In this document: in pieces, positions 38,650 to 48,342 of the stretch
How the letters are laid out: each line of letters begins with the position of its first letter
Numbering within the stretch: the first letter of the stretch is position 1
Assembly: GCA_965223905.1 (NCBI GenBank)
Contig: CBDCXV010000010.1
Span: forward strand, 576,001 to 640,000
Source of the DNA: Candidatus Latescibacterota bacterium
GTDB taxonomy: Bacteria > Latescibacterota > UBA2968 > UBA8231
Length of the DNA: 64,000 nucleotides
Reading direction: 5' to 3'
The notes under the pieces: generated by a model
Told to the model about the DNA's origin: nothing
The model's database searches: none
Seen by the model: only the letters and a program-made list of their open reading frames with translations
Program-made: the position numbers and the translations under genes

Positions 38650-39243
38650 TCAGACGTGCGGCCCGCGTTCCCTGATGATGCGGGTCGCAAGCTCCGGGTC
38701 GATTTGCAGGATCATCTCCGGCTCGATGGTAATCCCGCCAGGCAGGTCGAAGCCGGCGACGGCGCTGCGCGTGTGCCAGCCCGACAGCGACGAATCCAGC
38801 CCGTCCGTAGCCGAGCTTGAAAGCGGTCCGCCGAAGACGTCGTGAAACAGGGTGGAGTAGCCGTCGACTACCCCCGGCGACTTGGTGAACACTCCCCCGC
38901 CCGGTGAGTTGACCATGCCGATGCACTTGACGCAGTACCAGACGTCGTTCAGCGTGCCCTCGGGATCCAGGGCCCAGTGCAGGCTCGTCAGATGGCTGAT
39001 CCCCGCCTCCCGGCCGGCCTCGTAGCCGCGCTCGATATCGGCGTCATCGTCGGCCATTGCTCCCTGCCCGCCCCCGGTTCCCGAAGTGAAAACCAGGCCG
39101 GAAGGAGTGAACGACACACTTGCGATCCTCCGGCCCTTCGGGTCGGAAACCACCTCGGCTTTGGAGCCGAGATCGATTCCCAGCTCCCTGATGCGGTCGT
39201 ACACATCGAAGTCGCGGTTCCAGTCGTCGTGCAGAGTGCTCAT
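38650..39243 (-). CDS. RidA/YjgF-like family protein (divergent)
   Basis: LVFTSG, VKCIGMVNS, P.VVDGYS.LF.DVFG, HTRSAV, LP....IEPE. Confidence 0.7.
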   Translation of the reverse strand: MSTLHDDWNRDFDVYDRIRELGIDLGSKAEVVSDPKGRRIASVSFTPSGLVFTSGTGGGQGAMADDDADIERGYEAGREAGISHLTSLHWALDPEGTLNDVWYCVKCIGMVNSPGGGVFTKSPGVVDGYSTLFHDVFGGPLSSSATDGLDSSLSGWHTRSAVAGFDLPGGITIEPEMILQIDPELATRIIRERGPHV

Positions 39244-39687
39244 TTTGTGGTTTCTCCTTCAGGTTGAGTTGATTGATCCGGTTTCAGGTGAAGATATACA
39301 GGCCTTTCCCTGCACCCGTTTCCTGCCTGTCTCTTCATTTCAACTGACTCTTAAAATTTGAGAGGCTGTTTTTTTTAGCGAAGTCCCGTGCATTCAGCTC
39401 CCGAATCGTTCACAGGCGGCAAAAAGGAGGGCCGGGCCGATTGAACGAAAAACCCCCTGCGAAGGGTTAAAGATCCGAATTTATTCCGCCCATCTTTTCC
39501 AGTCAAGAAACCGTCGGGAAATTGAAACCGGAATGCCTTGTCTGCCTCCATCCCCCACTTATCCCCTCGGAGGTTTGTCAACGCGGTAAAGGAGACCCGT
39601 TCGGCAGTTGAGGAAGTGGAGACGGCGAAGGTCTCGGCCTACCTTTTTCAATGCATTCGCCACCACCTGCTTCCGGAGCTTGTATAG

Positions 39688-41397
39688 TTGAACGGCATTT
39701 CGAGTTCTCACCTCGCCGGGCTTTCCGAGCCTGTGCGGGCGGCCCTGGTCCGCATGCGAGAGGATTCCGTTGTCGAACGGATGTGGAACAAGGACCACAC
39801 CCTCTGGTCACCCGATCCGGCCGGGATCGCCAACCGCATGGGCTGGATGGACAGCCCTGAAGCCATGGTGCCGAAGATCTGCGAAATCGACCCGGTGGTG
39901 GAGGCCGTCTGCGCCGCAGGCTACACCCACGCCCTTCTCCTCGGAATGGGGGGATCGAGCCTGGCGCCTGAAGTCATGCGCAGAATCTTCGGCTTCGCCC
40001 GCGGGCATCTCGACCTCGCCGTGCTCGACAGCACGGACCCGGCCGCGGTGCTCGCGCAGGCTCGCCGGCTCGACCCGTCGCGAACCCTCTTCATCGCCGC
40101 CACCAAGTCCGGCGGCACGGTCGAGACCATCTCCTTCCTCAACTACTTCTACAACCTTCTCTGCAATGCCCCCGGACCGGGGAGACCCGGAGACCATTTC
40201 ATCGCCATCACCGATCCCGGCAGCGGCCTTGAGGAGCTGGCCCGCGGTCTCGGCTTTCGTCACCTCTTCCTCAACGACCCCGACATCGGCGGCCGCTATT
40301 CGGCGCTTTCCTTCTTCGGGCTGGTGCCTGCCCGTCTCGCCGGCATCGACATCGAGCGCCTGTTGGACCGGGCACGGGAAGCGGTCGATCAGTGTCGTTC
40401 CACAGAGGACAACCCCGGCATTTTCCTCGGAGCCGCCATCGCCTGCGGGGCTCTCGCCGGGCGCGACAAGCTGACCCTGGCCGCCTCTCCCGCCATGGCG
40501 CCCCTTGGAACCTGGATCGAACAGCTGCTCGCCGAGAGCACCGGCAAGGAGGGCAAGGGGATCCTCCCTGTCGACGGCGAAGCCCTCTCCGGCCCGGAGC
40601 AGTACGCCGGGGACAGGCTGTTCGTCCGCCTGCGGCTCGCCGGCGACTCCGCCCTCGACGGCAGGCTGGAGGCCCTCGAAACCTCGGGCAACCCGGTGAT
40701 CACTCTGGACATCGACGATGCCTTCGGCATCGCCGGGCAGTTCGTCATCTGGGAGATCGCCACCGTCGTCGCCGGCCACCTGCTCGGGATCAACCCCTAC
40801 GACCAGCCGGACGTCGAGGCGGCCAAGAAGCTGGCCGGGGAGATGACGGAAACCTACCGCCGCGACCGCACTCTGCCTCCCGAGGAATCCGCCATGGTCG
40901 ACGGCGACCTGCGGATCTACGGGGCCGCGGCGGGAGCCTCCCGTCTTCCCGCGGCGCTGTCCGCCTTGTTCGCCGCGGCCTCGACCGCGGAGAAACGGCG
41001 AAGCTACTTCTGCCTGCAGGCCTGGCTCCCCCCGGAGGCAGCGACCGATGCCGCCCTCGAGCGCCTGCGGCTGGCGATCCGGGACCGCACCGGGATGGCG
41101 GTCACCGCCGGGTACGGGCCGCGCTTCCTGCACTCGACGGGCCAGCTGCACAAGGGGGACGCCGGGCACGGGCTGTTCCTGCAGCTCACCTGCGACGACC
41201 CCGAAGAAGCCGCCATACCGGACCGGACCGGAAGCCCGGAATCGGCCATGTCGTTCGGGGTGCTGAAGGCGGCGCAGGCCTGCGGCGACCGCCAGGCCCT
41301 GATCGACACCGGACGCCGGGTGCTGCGCCTTCACCTGGGCGCCGACGTTCCCGGCGCCCTCGACAGGATTACGGAGACCGTAACCCGGCAAGACTGA
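39688..41397 (+). CDS. pgi: Glucose-6-phosphate isomerase (similar to the PGI half of Tal-Pgi fusions)
   Basis: LGMGGSSL, TKSGGTVET, GGRYSAL, QLLAESTGK, NPYDQPDVEAAK, PRFLHSTGQLHKG. Confidence 0.88.
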   Translation: MNGISSSHLAGLSEPVRAALVRMREDSVVERMWNKDHTLWSPDPAGIANRMGWMDSPEAMVPKICEIDPVVEAVCAAGYTHALLLGMGGSSLAPEVMRRIFGFARGHLDLAVLDSTDPAAVLAQARRLDPSRTLFIAATKSGGTVETISFLNYFYNLLCNAPGPGRPGDHFIAITDPGSGLEELARGLGFRHLFLNDPDIGGRYSALSFFGLVPARLAGIDIERLLDRAREAVDQCRSTEDNPGIFLGAAIACGALAGRDKLTLAASPAMAPLGTWIEQLLAESTGKEGKGILPVDGEALSGPEQYAGDRLFVRLRLAGDSALDGRLEALETSGNPVITLDIDDAFGIAGQFVIWEIATVVAGHLLGINPYDQPDVEAAKKLAGEMTETYRRDRTLPPEESAMVDGDLRIYGAAAGASRLPAALSALFAAASTAEKRRSYFCLQAWLPPEAATDAALERLRLAIRDRTGMAVTAGYGPRFLHSTGQLHKGDAGHGLFLQLTCDDPEEAAIPDRTGSPESAMSFGVLKAAQACGDRQALIDTGRRVLRLHLGADVPGALDRITETVTRQD

Positions 41398-41537
41398 CGG
41401 TTCTCAGCGCCCCGTTTCGGCGCCGGCGGTGGCGAGGGAGGGGCCCAGGCGGAAGACTTCCGTGGGAGCGCAGGGGAAGCTACCGATGCCGGTGCCAGCA
41501 GCTCCCCGAAGGATCCCCTTCCCGCCTTCCCCGGCCA

Positions 41538-42431
41538 TCACAGCTGCTTTCCCGAAAGCTGCGCCTGCAGCATCTCGACGAAGGCCGCGGCCGCGGGCGA
41601 ACGCCGCCTGCCCTTGTGCTCCACGAGGCCGATGTCGCGGGCCGGCAGCCCGGCCACAGGAACCGCGGCCAGCCTTCCCGCGGCGGTCTCCGCGGCGACC
41701 GCCACCTCGGGCACCAAGGCGAGCCCGAGCCCGATCTCGACGAATCTCTTGAGCACCTCGATGCTGCCGAGGTTCATCGCCACCTCGACGTCGAGGCCGG
41801 CGCGCAGGAACATCTCGTCCATCAGCTTGCGCGTCGTGCTCCCCTGCTCGAGCCCCAGCAGCGGCTGCGCCGCCACTGTTTTCAGGGTCGCCGAGCGCTT
41901 CCCCGCCAACTCGTGGTCGGGCCGGCAGATGAGGACGTCGCGGCGCGCGAACAGGACCTCGTTTACGAGGCTGCGATGGCGCACCGGAAGGGTCGCCAAC
42001 CCGAGGTCGACCTCGTCCCCGAGCACCATGCGCCCCACCTCGGACGACATCTTGTTGCGTATGTCGATCTCGACCTCGGGATAGCTGTCGCGGAAACACC
42101 GCAGCACCGGAGGCAGCACGTACGAGCAGTTGGTGTCGCTCGTGCCGATCACCAGCCGCCCCCGCAACACCTGCCGCAGACCCTCGATCTCGGCGCGGGC
42201 CGCGGCGAGCTCGTCGAACACCGCCTTGGCACGCCGGAACAGGATCTCCCCCGCCGGGGTCAGGCGGGCGTTGCGGCGGCGGCGCTCGAACAGCGTCTCC
42301 CCCAGCTCCTCCTCGAGCCCCTTGAGCTGCAGGCTGATCGCCGGCTGCGTCAGGTAGAGCTTGTCGGCGGCGCGGGTGAAGCTCCCCTCGCGCGCCACCT
42401 CGAAAAAACCCTGCAGTTGATGCAGCTCCAT
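41538..42431 (-). CDS. LysR family transcriptional regulator
   Basis: SFTRAADKLYLTQPAISLQLKGLEEELG.LFER..LTPAG. Confidence 0.95.
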   Translation of the reverse strand: MELHQLQGFFEVAREGSFTRAADKLYLTQPAISLQLKGLEEELGETLFERRRRNARLTPAGEILFRRAKAVFDELAAARAEIEGLRQVLRGRLVIGTSDTNCSYVLPPVLRCFRDSYPEVEIDIRNKMSSEVGRMVLGDEVDLGLATLPVRHRSLVNEVLFARRDVLICRPDHELAGKRSATLKTVAAQPLLGLEQGSTTRKLMDEMFLRAGLDVEVAMNLGSIEVLKRFVEIGLGLALVPEVAVAAETAAGRLAAVPVAGLPARDIGLVEHKGRRRSPAAAAFVEMLQAQLSGKQL

Positions 42432-42444
42432 GACGCCCTCCGCG

Positions 42445-42490
42445 ATATTGAAAAATTATGGTATTCATGAAATATATAAATTTTGATTAT
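42445..42490. promoter_or_regulatory. Putative LysR operator region
   Basis: AT-rich spacer with two ATA-N9-TAT (T-N11-A) boxes at 42445-59 and 42476-90. Confidence 0.6.
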
Positions 42491-42574
42491 GCTCGCCGGA
42501 ACGGTATCCTGGTTTGCGAACGGCGCGCGCCGCTCGACGAAGTCAACGGAGGATCCAATTCAGGAGTATGGGGA

Positions 42575-43600
42575 ATGAGCGCAATCATCGTCGTCGACGC
42601 CTTCTGGGGGGATTCGGGCAAGGGCAAGGTCTCGGCCTGGCTGGCCCTGAAGCACCGGGCCGCGTACTGCGTCCGCGCCGGCACCGGAACCAACGCCGGC
42701 CACAGCGTCCATTTCGAGGACGGCCGCGAAATCCGCACCCACCAGCTGCCCTGCGGGTTCCTCCATCCCGGCACCGCGCTGCGCGTCGGCAGCGGCGTCG
42801 CCGTCGACCCGCAACGGCTGACTTCCGAGATCGCCGGACACGATGCCGCCTTCCAGCTCTCCGGCCGCGTCCGCGTCGACTACCGCTGTCCCGTCATCCT
42901 GCCGGAATACCGCGAGCGCGAGGCCGCGGACCCGCACCTGACCGGCATCGGCACGGTCGCCAGCGGCACCGGGGTAGCCCGGGCGGAGTTCGTCATGCGC
43001 AGGGCGCGGCAGGCCCGGGACCTCGAGGAGCTGGGGCCGCTGACCGCGGACGTGGCGCGCGAGCTGAACACCGCCTGCGCCGCCGGGGAGACGGTGGTGA
43101 TCGAGGGCAGCCAGGGCACCCACCTGTCGCTCGCCCTGACTCCCGACTACCCGTTCTGCACCAGCGACAACTGCACCGCCGCAGCCCTTGCCGACGACGC
43201 CGGTCTCAGCTGGCGGCACATCGGCGAGGTCGTGCTCGTGGTCAAGGCGCTGCCGAGCCGGGTCGGGGCCGGCCCACTGCCGCTGCAGCTGCCGGAGGAC
43301 GCGGAGGAGGAACGGGGGATCGTCGAATACGGCGTCGCCAGCGGCAGGCGCCGGCGCAAGGCCTCCGGCATCTCGTGGGAGCACCTCGAGGAGGCGGTCA
43401 TGCTCAACGGCCCGACCGCGGTAGCGCTGACCTTCTGCGACCATTTCGACCGCGCCGTCGAGGGCGCGCGCTCCGCGGCCGGCCTGACCCCTCCGGTCCG
43501 CCGGCTGATCGCCGAGATCGAGCGGCGCTGCAACGTTCCGGTGACGTTGTGCGACTGCGGGCGCTACTTCGAGAACCTGTTCGAGCTGCCGGCTCAGTAG
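42575..43600 (+). CDS. purA: Short archaeal-type adenylosuccinate synthetase homologue (divergent)
   Basis: WGDSGKGK, NAGH, EGSQG, YPFCTS, EYGVASGRRRR; 341 aa. Confidence 0.75.
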   Translation: MSAIIVVDAFWGDSGKGKVSAWLALKHRAAYCVRAGTGTNAGHSVHFEDGREIRTHQLPCGFLHPGTALRVGSGVAVDPQRLTSEIAGHDAAFQLSGRVRVDYRCPVILPEYREREAADPHLTGIGTVASGTGVARAEFVMRRARQARDLEELGPLTADVARELNTACAAGETVVIEGSQGTHLSLALTPDYPFCTSDNCTAAALADDAGLSWRHIGEVVLVVKALPSRVGAGPLPLQLPEDAEEERGIVEYGVASGRRRRKASGISWEHLEEAVMLNGPTAVALTFCDHFDRAVEGARSAAGLTPPVRRLIAEIERRCNVPVTLCDCGRYFENLFELPAQ

Positions 43601-44208
43601 CTCAGGTATTCGATGCCGCCTGCGAACGGCCTGGAAATCCCCTGCAGGGGCGGGGTGCATCGGAGTCGGATCAACTATATACCGGGCGTTCAGGCCAGCC
43701 ATCGAAAAAGGGACCGGGGCCTGGACCAGGGATCCCTCTTCCGGATTCCTCGCCGGCCTTTGCCCCCTTTCCCGGAAGTACAGCCCAACTCGAACGCCTC
43801 CGCCCCTCGGGCCGCAGGCGGCTCGCCGGCGGCAGTCCGGACGCATCGGGGAGGCGATCAGCCGTTTACGGGACATGCGGCCTGCCATTCGGAAAGGGAT
43901 TCCCGCAAGGGCAGGTAGCCGCGATGCCACGCGGACCCGTCGCGGGGGTGGAAGATTGCTTGCCACTTCGTATCTGGCGACTGCGTCCCCTGGTCCCATA
44001 TGCGAAGGAGCTTCCCCAGGGGGGACCGCAGGGGCGCGACTCCTGCTGCGACCCTCCTCACTCCATCCCTGGCGAGGCGGTCCGGAAAGGACGGTGCTGC
44101 CGGGAACCGACCCGGCCGTTCACGACCGATACAGCAACTTCAACTCCTTGGACAGATCCGCCCGGTCCCCACGGTCTGTTGGCGATCCGTCGCCCAAGAA
44201 CCGCCCCG

Positions 44209-45087
44209 TTATGGAACGGTCTCGGGATCCTGGGCGGCAGTCCCGGTCGGGTGCTGCCCCCAGCGCGACAGGTATTCCGCCATCGCTTCCTGAAGGCCGG
44301 TATTGCCGCGCTTGACCGCGCCGTCGCGAACGATCGCGGCCTTGCGGACCAGGGTGTCGCGAGCCGCGGCCCGCTCTTCGGCCGTCAACGGCGCGGTCGC
44401 GTCGGCCAGCAGCCGGTCGAGGGCTTGGACGCGAAACCGGTCCATGGCCGGGTAGGCCCGCGACAGCTGGTCTGCGTGGCCGCCGTACTTGACGGTGAGC
44501 TTCTGTTCGAGGTAGAGCACCTCGTAGCGGCAGGTCAGCCTGAGAAACAGCTCGTAATCCTCGCAGGCCGGCAGCGACTCGTCGAACAGGCCGATGGCGT
44601 CGAAAACCGGGCGCCGCAGGAGGATGGAGGAGGGGGAGATTATGCACCGCGGCAGGGCGTGCAGGAAGATGCGGCCCCCCTGCTTGGCGTGGTGCTTGTG
44701 CGGGTTCACGCGCACGCCGTCGCGGATCCAGACCTCGTCGGTGTGGCAGACCGCCAGCCCGCTTTCCGCGAGGGCCGCCATCTGCCTTTCGAGCTTCTGC
44801 GGCTTCCACTCGTCGTCGGAATCGAGCAGGGCGATCCAGTCGCCGCGGGTCGCCTCGATACCGGTGTTGCGCGCCGCGGACACCCCCGAGTTGACCCGGT
44901 GCCGCAGCAGCTGCACCGGCGCCTCGTCCCATTCGGACCGGAGGTACTCCCAGGTGCCGTCCGTCGAGGCGTCGTCGACGACGATGAGCTCGTAGTCGGT
45001 GAAGGTCTGGGCCGACACCGACTCCAGGGCCCGGGCCACGAGCTCCCTGCGGTTGAACACCGGAACGACGACGGAAACGGAGGTCAC
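44209..45087 (-). CDS. Glycosyltransferase family 2
   Basis: VSVVVPVFNR, VVDDASTD, GVSAARN, LDSDD, CEDY. Confidence 0.9.
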   Translation of the reverse strand: MTSVSVVVPVFNRRELVARALESVSAQTFTDYELIVVDDASTDGTWEYLRSEWDEAPVQLLRHRVNSGVSAARNTGIEATRGDWIALLDSDDEWKPQKLERQMAALAESGLAVCHTDEVWIRDGVRVNPHKHHAKQGGRIFLHALPRCIISPSSILLRRPVFDAIGLFDESLPACEDYELFLRLTCRYEVLYLEQKLTVKYGGHADQLSRAYPAMDRFRVQALDRLLADATAPLTAEERAAARDTLVRKAAIVRDGAVKRGNTGLQEAMAEYLSRWGQHPTGTAAQDPETVP

Positions 45088-45141
45088 TTGCCGAAGCTGG
45101 TGCCTGCGCGCGCTGGGCACCGGCAGTCCCCGAGCGACCGC

Positions 45142-46131
45142 TCAGCTGCCGGCGAACGCATCCCGTCCGGCGACGAGGGCCTCGATCTTGCGGTCGGCCA
45201 CCGACCGCTTGAGCATCCACAGGCCGCAGTCCGGGTTGACGAAGGCGATGCGCTCCTCTCCAACGGCCCTGACGGCCTCCTCGATGCGGGAGGCGATGAG
45301 GTCGGCGCTCTCGACGACGGTCGACTTGATGTCGACGACGCCGAGGCCGAAGCGGATTTTCGGGTCGACCCGCCCGAGGTGGGGGAGGTCGCGATTGCCG
45401 CGGTGGGCGAGCTCGAGCAGCACGTGGTCGCAGTGCAGGTTGCTCAGGTAGTCGACGAGCCGCTCCCAGCTCCCCTTCTGGATCGACTGGCCGCCGTAGT
45501 TGCCGAAGCAGAGATGCACCGCCGGCGTCTTCGGCACCGCGTCGAGGATGCGGTTGATCCCTTCGAGAGCCCACTTCCACTCCCGCGGATGCCCCGGAAG
45601 GTTGGCCTCGTCCACCTGGACCACGTCGGCGTCGATCTCCGCAACCTGGCCGGCGAGGACGCCGGCCAGGGCCAGGCACAGCTCCGGGGTCGAGCCGTAA
45701 TGCCGGTCGAGAAGGGTTTTGGCCAGCATGTGGGGCCCGGTCAGGGTGAACTTCAGAGGGTGAGCGGTGAGAGCGCGGGCGAGACGGAAATCCCCCGGCA
45801 GGTCGAGGGTGCCCTCGGCCAGCGGGCCCTCGACGACGGCGCTGGGCCGGGCGCGAAAGGACATCCCTTCATTCCTGCGGAATTCCGCGGCGTCCGCCCG
45901 GGTGATCTCGCCGCGCACGTTTTCCAACGGCCGCACGAAGTACTCGATCATGCCGTTGGTTTCCGGGTGATTGACGTCGAAACGGGAGAGCTCGCCGTCG
46001 GCGACGACGTCGATGCCGGCGTTCTCCTGGGTCTTGAGCACGACCGCCATGGCGTCGGCGAGCCCCTGCCTCGACGGCATCGCCGCCAGCCAGTCCGGGA
46101 TCGGGTAACTTCCCACTACCGTCGTCTTCAT
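45142..46131 (-). CDS. Cobalamin-independent methionine synthase II-like (single-domain) protein
   Basis: VVGSYP, DGE..R, TGPHML, HLCFGN, NPDCG zinc ligands. Confidence 0.85.
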   Translation of the reverse strand: MKTTVVGSYPIPDWLAAMPSRQGLADAMAVVLKTQENAGIDVVADGELSRFDVNHPETNGMIEYFVRPLENVRGEITRADAAEFRRNEGMSFRARPSAVVEGPLAEGTLDLPGDFRLARALTAHPLKFTLTGPHMLAKTLLDRHYGSTPELCLALAGVLAGQVAEIDADVVQVDEANLPGHPREWKWALEGINRILDAVPKTPAVHLCFGNYGGQSIQKGSWERLVDYLSNLHCDHVLLELAHRGNRDLPHLGRVDPKIRFGLGVVDIKSTVVESADLIASRIEEAVRAVGEERIAFVNPDCGLWMLKRSVADRKIEALVAGRDAFAGS

Positions 46132-46164
46132 GGTCCGTTCTTTCTGCGCCATCAGCTTTCCGGC

Positions 46165-48342
46165 TCAGCCCTGGGTACGCCTTTTTTCCGCCTCCTCGAG
46201 GTTCTCGAAGAGGATTCCGGGGGTAATCACCTCGGGCAGCACCAGGGGGGCATCGATGCGGCCCCCGGGGAAGATCACGTAGAGCGGCACCCCGGAGCGC
46301 CCGAAGGCCCTCAACAGGCTGGTGATCTCCGGATTGCGGTTCGTCCAGTCGGCGCGCACGAGGGCGACGTCGAGCCGCGAGAACCGGTCGCGCACCTCCT
46401 CGGTGTCGAGCACCGCCCGTTTGTTGACCTTGCAGGTCCAGCACCACTCCGCGGTGAAATCGATGAAGACGTGGCGGCCCGCGGCGACCTGGCGCTCGAC
46501 CTCCTCCTGCGAAAACGCGATCCACCCGGCCGACTCCTCTGCGGGCCCCTCCGAAAGCTGCCGTTCCGCGGCCAGCAGGGGGTGCAGGAAGCCCCCGTAG
46601 GCGGCCAGGGTAATGGCGCCCGCGGCCACCCAGGCGCCGGCCCGCTGCCGGGACGAGCTGCGCAGGTCGATCCACTGCCCGGGGATCCACGCCGCCATCG
46701 CCAGGGCCAGCAGGAAGGCGGCCGTCCAGATCACCGCCTCGACCCCGAGCTGCTTGCCGAGCACCCACAGCAGCCACAGGGCCGTGGCCGTCAGCAGGAA
46801 GCCCATCAGCTGCTTGAAGCGCTCCATCCAGGGACCGGGCCGCGGCAGGAAGCGGAGCCAGCCCGGCTCCGCGGCGAGCAGGATGTAGGGAAGCGCCATC
46901 CCCAGTCCGGTCACCAGGAAGATCCCCACGGTCACTCCGGCGCTCTGGCTGAACGCGAACCCGAGGGCGGTGCCGAGGAAGGGGGCGGTGCAGGGGGTCG
47001 CCAGGATCGTCGCCAGCACGCCGTTGAAAAAGCTGCCGGCGAGCCCCTCCCCGTCTGCGAGCCCACCGAGATTCCCCTGCCCGACGGCGATGCGCACGGT
47101 TATCAGGCCGAACAGGCTCAGGCTCAACAGGAACACCAGGGCGCAGAGGAAGATGACGAACGCCGGCGACTGGAACTGGAACCCCCAGCCGATCTGCTCC
47201 CCTCCCGACTTCAGGAGAAGGACCGCGGCGGCGAGACCGAGGAACGTCGCCACCACTCCGGCCGAGAACGCCAGCCCGAGCTGCCGGGCGCGGGCGCGCG
47301 ACTCGCCGGCCTGCGACACGAACCCCAGCACCTTGAGCGAAATCACCGGAAAGACGCAGGGCATCAGGTTGAGGATGAGCCCGCCGATCAGGGCGAAGAG
47401 CAGGTACGCCGGCAGGGAGTCCGCCGCGGCAGGCTGGGCGCCGGTGAACACCAGTGCCGACAGGCCGGTTCGGCGGCCGGCGGCGAGATCGAGAGTGACG
47501 GTCTTGTATGAGGGCCGCGGATCCCCGGGCCTCTGGTACACGACCGTTCCCATCAACTCGCCAGGCTTCTGATCTCCCTCGAGGTACAGGTTCAGCTGCA
47601 GATGCACCCGGGAGGTGGTGGGATCGAGGCGGCGCGAAGGAGGATCGAGCCAGAAGCCCTCCCCCTCGATAGGGAAGAAGTCCGGGGTGGCGCCGTCGAC
47701 TACGACCTCCCCTCCCTTCGGGGTGATGGTCAGGGCCACCGTTTCCCCACCCTCCGGCCCGTCTTCGACCCGGTGCTGCAGGCGCAGCGGCTCGGCCGGG
47801 CCCTCCCAGGGCAAGGGAAGGAGCTGGCGGTGCCGTTCGAAGAGATCCTCGTTGGCGGGTGACCCGGTATCTGAAAGCGGCAGCGCCAGGGTCAGCAGGG
47901 TGTCGCCGGGGATGCAGACCTCGCGGCAGACAAGCCAGCCTACCTCGGCGGCGATGGCGAGGGAATCCGCGGCCTCCGGGACCCCCCTGACCTCGGCGCT
48001 AAGCAGGGTCTCGCCGGCGTACCCGTACACCACCAGGCCCTGCTCGTCGTACTTCTGCGGCGCCTCCCAGCGCAGCTCCCCCGCCTGCAGTCCCGGCGGC
48101 AGCCTCCAGTCGACACGGCTGGCCTGTCCCGCGGCGCCGGCGTAGCGCCAGTAGGTGTGCCACCCCTCGTCGATCTCGAGTCTCACCCCGAGCTCGAACG
48201 ACTCCCCCGCCCGTACCGATGCGCGGCTGGCGACCAGCTCCGCCCGCACCGGATGGCTGTCGGGTTCGATCCCCTCGGCGGGGCTGAAAGACAGGCCGGT
48301 CAGCGCGGCGACCGCGGCGACCGTGACGGCGGGATGTCTCAC
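46165..48342 (-). CDS. dsbD: DsbD-like thiol:disulfide interchange protein (N-terminal Ig domain, TM domain, thioredoxin)
   Basis: GWHTYW, CREVCIP, LNLMPCVFP, ATPCTAP, WCWTC, ADWT; GTGA overlap with the upstream stop. Confidence 0.88.
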   Translation of the reverse strand: MRHPAVTVAAVAALTGLSFSPAEGIEPDSHPVRAELVASRASVRAGESFELGVRLEIDEGWHTYWRYAGAAGQASRVDWRLPPGLQAGELRWEAPQKYDEQGLVVYGYAGETLLSAEVRGVPEAADSLAIAAEVGWLVCREVCIPGDTLLTLALPLSDTGSPANEDLFERHRQLLPLPWEGPAEPLRLQHRVEDGPEGGETVALTITPKGGEVVVDGATPDFFPIEGEGFWLDPPSRRLDPTTSRVHLQLNLYLEGDQKPGELMGTVVYQRPGDPRPSYKTVTLDLAAGRRTGLSALVFTGAQPAAADSLPAYLLFALIGGLILNLMPCVFPVISLKVLGFVSQAGESRARARQLGLAFSAGVVATFLGLAAAVLLLKSGGEQIGWGFQFQSPAFVIFLCALVFLLSLSLFGLITVRIAVGQGNLGGLADGEGLAGSFFNGVLATILATPCTAPFLGTALGFAFSQSAGVTVGIFLVTGLGMALPYILLAAEPGWLRFLPRPGPWMERFKQLMGFLLTATALWLLWVLGKQLGVEAVIWTAAFLLALAMAAWIPGQWIDLRSSSRQRAGAWVAAGAITLAAYGGFLHPLLAAERQLSEGPAEESAGWIAFSQEEVERQVAAGRHVFIDFTAEWCWTCKVNKRAVLDTEEVRDRFSRLDVALVRADWTNRNPEITSLLRAFGRSGVPLYVIFPGGRIDAPLVLPEVITPGILFENLEEAEKRRTQG

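Noticed and set aside
42575-43600. PurZ (diaminopurine pathway enzyme)
   Set aside because: PurZ replaces the catalytic Asp13 with Ser (GSxxKG). Here the Asp is kept (GDSGKG), and there is no phage context or dATPase/MazZ neighbour.
43601-44208. ncRNA or gene in the 600-bp spacer between purA and GT2
   Set aside because: It has only GC-rich hairpins and short ORFs without recognisable motifs; no supportable call.
42514-47511. Very long alternative ORFs (1665 aa here; also 8314..11193, 12504..14654, 26194..29442, 14837..17392)
   Set aside because: They are Arg/Pro/Gly-rich off-frame or antisense shadows of recognisable genes, as expected at high GC.
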